A stretch of DNA of 10,843 nucleotides from Chthonomonadales bacterium (GTDB lineage: Bacteria > Armatimonadota > Chthonomonadetes > Chthonomonadales > Chthonomonadaceae). Shown in pieces: positions 7,251 to 10,843 of this stretch. The notes below the pieces were generated by a model that was not told the DNA's origin, did no database searches, and was given only the letters and a program-made list of their open reading frames with translations. Location of the stretch: the NCBI GenBank assembly GCA_038217285.1, contig JBBQPO010000212.1, forward strand, positions 1 to 10,843, written 5' to 3'. Made by a program: the position numbers and the translations under genes. Every line of letters begins with the position of its first letter. Positions within the stretch are counted from its first letter, which is position 1.

Positions 7251-7925
7251 ATGTTGAGAAAGAGCGCGTCAGCAGTCGCGATGATCTCCATCGCTCTATT
7301 CGTTCCCCTCTCCCAGGAGGCCCGGGCCGCCGGTGATGTGGTCACCACGCTGGTCATGCCTTCCGGAATAGACCCGTCGAAGCTGACATTTACGCAATCC
7401 GGGACTATGTACACCAATACGGATGGAAGTATTCCCGGCGATCAGCGCGGTTCGGCGATCACCGGAAATATGCTTTTGGCGACCGCTGTACAAGGCGGCG
7501 GCGGCCTGGAACTTCATGGGGCTATCCTCAACGGAGATAATCCGAATCCCGTCCCCGTGGTGGAGATCGATCTATTCACCACGTACACCGGTATTATTAC
7601 AGTGAACTCCTCCATCGGACAGCTCACCAGCTTTACTCCCTGGGGCGTTACGCGCTTAACCAACGTTCCTACAGGCTTCGCACAGGGAGTGCGTCTCTTC
7701 AAGCAGCAAGGCTCTGCAGATATGAATAAAGGCGCATTTCAGGGCTTTCTTTCCTCAGCGCTCAACGATGCTTTGGACCCAACAGGCTTCCGCGCCGCCG
7801 GTTTCGGCACGAAAGGATTCACCACCCTGCAAACTTCCGGTACGCCCGAGCCGGGCGCACTGGCCCTGCTGGTCGGCATGGGGCTGTCCGTCTCCGCCCT
7901 CGCGCGGAAGAGACGCCGCAAGTAA
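7251..7925 (+). CDS. PEP-CTERM sorting-domain surface protein
   Basis: Signal peptide ending ...SQEARA. C-terminal TPEPG + hydrophobic ALALLVGMGLSVSALA + basic RKRRRK. Gly/Thr/Ser-rich mature region. SD AGGAG. Confidence 0.9.
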   Translation: MLRKSASAVAMISIALFVPLSQEARAAGDVVTTLVMPSGIDPSKLTFTQSGTMYTNTDGSIPGDQRGSAITGNMLLATAVQGGGGLELHGAILNGDNPNPVPVVEIDLFTTYTGIITVNSSIGQLTSFTPWGVTRLTNVPTGFAQGVRLFKQQGSADMNKGAFQGFLSSALNDALDPTGFRAAGFGTKGFTTLQTSGTPEPGALALLVGMGLSVSALARKRRRK

Positions 7926-7929
7926 ACCG

Positions 7930-10797
7930 ATGCCTCTGTTGCGCAGCACGGTTACGTTTCTCTTCACGGACATCGAGGGTTCCACGCGGCTCTGGGAACA
8001 GCACACGCAGGCCATGCACACGGTTCTGGCGCGGCACGACCATCTGCTGCGGCAGGTCATCGAAAACCATCAGGGGGTCGTCTTCAAGACGATAGGCGAT
8101 GCGTTCTGCGCCGCCTTTGAAAGCGCGCCTCTGGCCGTGGCGGCGGCGCTGCAAGCGCAGATCGCGCTGGTCGAAGAGCCCTGGCCGGACGAGACGCCGA
8201 TCCGTGTCCGCATGGCCTTGAACACGGGCGTCGTCGAGAGTAGGAATAGTGACTATTTTGGTCCTCTGCTCAATCGCGTCGCCCGCCTGCTTGCCATCGG
8301 CCATGGCGGACAGACCCTGCTCTCGCAAACTGTCTTCGATCTGGTACAGGAAGCCTTACCGCAAGGCGCTTCCCTGAGAGAGCATGGTCTGCACCGGCTC
8401 AAGGATCTGGGACAGCCGGAAAGTGTGTTCCAGCTTCTCCATCCTGTTCTGCCCTCTGTCTTTCCTCCGCTGCGCTCCCTGAATAACCCCGCCCTGGCGC
8501 ACAACCTGCCGCAACAGGTGACAAGTTTCATCGGGCGCGAAAAAGAGATCGCTGAGGTCAAGGCGCTGCTGGATAAAACCCGTCTGCTGACGCTCACGGG
8601 CAGCGGTGGCGGCGGCAAGACCCGGCTGGGGCTGCAGGTGGCGGCAGAACTTCTGGACGGCGTCGGAGACGGCGCGTGGCTGGTAGAGCTTGCTCCGCTG
8701 GCCGACAAGAATCTGGTGGTGCAGACCGTGGCGCATGTGCTTGGCGTCCGGGAGGAGACGGGCAGGCCGCTCCTACAGACGCTCGTGGACTATCTCAAGT
8801 CGCGGACACTGCTGCTGCTGCTGGACAACTGTGAACATGTGCTGGATGTGTGCGCCCGTCTGGCCGACACCCTGCTCAAGAACTGCCCTCAGGTACAGAT
8901 CCTGGCCACCAGTCGCGAAGCGATGGGAATCGTGGGTGAACAGACGTACCGTGTGCCGTCCCTCTCCCTTCCGACCCATCCCGAACGCGCCACCGTGGAG
9001 AGTTTGGGATGGTACGAAGCCGTGCGCCTGTTTACCGAACGGGCAACAGCGGTACAGCCGGAGTTTACCATCACCAATGCCCCGGCACTGGCGCAGTTGT
9101 GTGTGCGTCTGGACGGCATTCCCCTCGCCATTGAACTCGCCGCCGCGCGAGTCCGCTCGCTCTCTATGGAGGAGATCAACGGTAAACTCGACAACCGCTT
9201 CCGCCTGCTCACCGGAGGCAGCCGAACGGCTCTGCCCCGCCAGCAGACCCTCCGCGCGCTCATCGACTGGTCGTATGACTTGCTGCAGGATTCGGAGAAG
9301 ATGCTGCTGTGCCGCCTGGCTGTTTTCGCGGGCGGCTGGACGCTGGAGGCTGCCGAGCAGGTCTGCGCCGGATCGGTAATCGACGCTTCGGCGGCGATTG
9401 GGGCCGGTGAAGGCAGCGGAGCGTGCATCGAGGCGTGGGAGACGCTGGACCTGCTGACCTCCCTGGCCGATAAAAGCCTCGTGGTGGCGGAACCGCAGGA
9501 GGGAGACACCCGGTATCGGCTGCTGGAAACCGTGCGGCAGTATGCGCGAGATCGACTGATGGAGCGGGGGGAGTTCGAGACCCTGCGTAGCCGACATCAG
9601 GCGTTCTTCATGGCCTTTGCCGAAGATGCCGATCCCCAACTGCTGGGGCCCGAACAGGCGTCCTGGCTGGAGCGACTGGAGCGAGAACACGACAACCTGC
9701 GCGCTGCTCTAGAGTGGGAGGACTCGGAATCGGCGCTGCGCATCGCGGGCGCGCTGTGGCGTTTCTGGCAGGTTCGGGGCTACTATCGGGAAGGCCGGGA
9801 ACGGCTGTCCGCCGTTCTGCAGGGCACTGTCTCTTCGTCGGCTGCCACCCTCCGGGCGAAAGCGCTCAACGGAGCCGGGGTGCTCGCCCGATACGAGGGC
9901 GACTATGCTGCTGCGCGTACACTGGTCGAAGAGAGCGTGGCCCTCTATCGAGAGGCTGGGGACAAGCTCGGCATCGCTAACTCTCTCTCCATTCTGGGAC
10001 TTATCACCTACGCGCAGGGCGACTACACGGCGGCGCGTACCCTGCACACGGAAAGCCTGGCGCTGCGGCGGGAGTTGGGCAACAAACGCGGCATCGCCAC
10101 CTCCCTGAACAATCTGGGACTGGTCGCGTATGAGCAGGGCGACTATGCCGAGACGCAGGCGATGTATGCGGAAAGCGTGGGACTCTATCGAGACCTGGGC
10201 GACAAGGGGAGCATGGCCAGCGCCCTCAACAATGTGGGAAATGTCGCGTATAATCAAGGGGATTTCGCGGCAGCCCGCAATCTCTATGAAGAGAGCCTGA
10301 CACTGCGCCGCGAACTGGGCGACAGACAGGGCATCGCCACATCGCTCATCAACTTAGGCAGTGTCGCCCATAAGCAAGGGGATTTCGCGGCGGCGCACCG
10401 GATGTATGCCGCCAGCCTGACGCTCTTTCGGGAGCTGGGCAACAGAACCGGGATCGCCTACGCGCTGGGGGCCTTTGCCGCCCTGGCTGCCGTACAGCAG
10501 CAGTCCCCCCGCGCCGCCCGACTATGGGGCGCGGCGCAGACGCTGCGAGAGCTCCTGGATGCTCCTCTCTCACCCTCAGAACGCACCGAATACGACCAGG
10601 AGGTGGCGCAGACCCTCGCCGTCCTGGGGGAGGCCGCTTTCACCCTGGCCCTGTCGGAAGGCCGTGCCTTCACGCTGGAGCAGGCCATTGCCGCCGCCCT
10701 GGAATTGACGTTTAGACTACAAGCCGACGTTGCCGAACGCCCCGGCATTGCTGAGCGGGTTCATTGTCAGTCGGTTTTTGTCGCCCCTCGGCTCTAA
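7930..10797 (+). CDS. Class III adenylate/guanylate cyclase - STAND (NB-ARC/AfsR-like) ATPase - winged helix - TPR protein, 955 aa
   Basis: True start is probably ATG 7930 (MPLLRSTVTFLFTDIEGST), because the track's first 54 aa overlap the PEP-CTERM gene. Cyclase motifs FTDIEGST, KTIGDAF, RMALNTG and DYFGPLLNRVARL. Walker A GSGGGGKT (8599-8622), Walker B LLLLDNCEH, ILATSRE, LDGIPLAIELAA, RYRLLETVRQYA, then 40-aa TPR-like repeats. Confidence 0.92.
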   Translation: MPLLRSTVTFLFTDIEGSTRLWEQHTQAMHTVLARHDHLLRQVIENHQGVVFKTIGDAFCAAFESAPLAVAAALQAQIALVEEPWPDETPIRVRMALNTGVVESRNSDYFGPLLNRVARLLAIGHGGQTLLSQTVFDLVQEALPQGASLREHGLHRLKDLGQPESVFQLLHPVLPSVFPPLRSLNNPALAHNLPQQVTSFIGREKEIAEVKALLDKTRLLTLTGSGGGGKTRLGLQVAAELLDGVGDGAWLVELAPLADKNLVVQTVAHVLGVREETGRPLLQTLVDYLKSRTLLLLLDNCEHVLDVCARLADTLLKNCPQVQILATSREAMGIVGEQTYRVPSLSLPTHPERATVESLGWYEAVRLFTERATAVQPEFTITNAPALAQLCVRLDGIPLAIELAAARVRSLSMEEINGKLDNRFRLLTGGSRTALPRQQTLRALIDWSYDLLQDSEKMLLCRLAVFAGGWTLEAAEQVCAGSVIDASAAIGAGEGSGACIEAWETLDLLTSLADKSLVVAEPQEGDTRYRLLETVRQYARDRLMERGEFETLRSRHQAFFMAFAEDADPQLLGPEQASWLERLEREHDNLRAALEWEDSESALRIAGALWRFWQVRGYYREGRERLSAVLQGTVSSSAATLRAKALNGAGVLARYEGDYAAARTLVEESVALYREAGDKLGIANSLSILGLITYAQGDYTAARTLHTESLALRRELGNKRGIATSLNNLGLVAYEQGDYAETQAMYAESVGLYRDLGDKGSMASALNNVGNVAYNQGDFAAARNLYEESLTLRRELGDRQGIATSLINLGSVAHKQGDFAAAHRMYAASLTLFRELGNRTGIAYALGAFAALAAVQQQSPRAARLWGAAQTLRELLDAPLSPSERTEYDQEVAQTLAVLGEAAFTLALSEGRAFTLEQAIAAALELTFRLQADVAERPGIAERVHCQSVFVAPRL
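9856..10575 (+). repeat. Intragenic tandem array of 120-bp (40-aa) TPR-like repeats: five clear units plus one degenerate
   Basis: The Asp codon of GD(Y/F) recurs at 9901, 10021, 10141, 10261 and 10381. Consensus is AxSLxxLGxxAxxQGDYxxAxxxYxESLxLxRELG(D/N)xxGI. Confidence 0.9.
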
Positions 10798-10843
10798 GCC
10801 GCCTTAGAAGGCGTGGAAACAGCCGCAGAGGGCGCTGCTTCCA

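Noticed and set aside
7768..7929. 54-aa N-terminal extension of the cyclase ORF
   Set aside because: Overlaps the PEP-CTERM coding end in another frame. The cyclase domain starts right after ATG 7930.
9856..10575. 120-bp periodicity as a CRISPR array or diversity-generating retroelement repeat
   Set aside because: These are in-frame degenerate coding repeats with no spacers, no adenine-specific variation pattern and no cas or reverse transcriptase gene.

Overview
High-GC bacterial chromosomal window, probably Armatimonadota-like (inferred from the PEPGALALLVGMGLS...RKRRRK PEP-CTERM variant and the gene mix; not verified). The left arm (minus strand) is a tightly packed run: secreted multi-domain GH20 hexosaminidase -> holB (DNA pol III delta') -> 142-aa SH3-barrel-like hypothetical with an eL21-like motif -> XerC-type tyrosine recombinase, which runs off the left edge and is missing from the ORF track. 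The right arm (plus strand, divergent) carries an ECF sigma factor with a 4-TM putative anti-sigma and a candidate autoregulated promoter, a PEP-CTERM surface protein, and 4 nt downstream a 955-aa class III nucleotide cyclase-STAND ATPase-TPR (NLR-like) protein. No RNA genes, CRISPR array or transposase were seen. The best leads are the eL21-like protein in front of xerC and the PEP-CTERM plus cyclase-STAND-TPR pair with a mosaic TPR array. Both are hypotheses, not demonstrated new systems.
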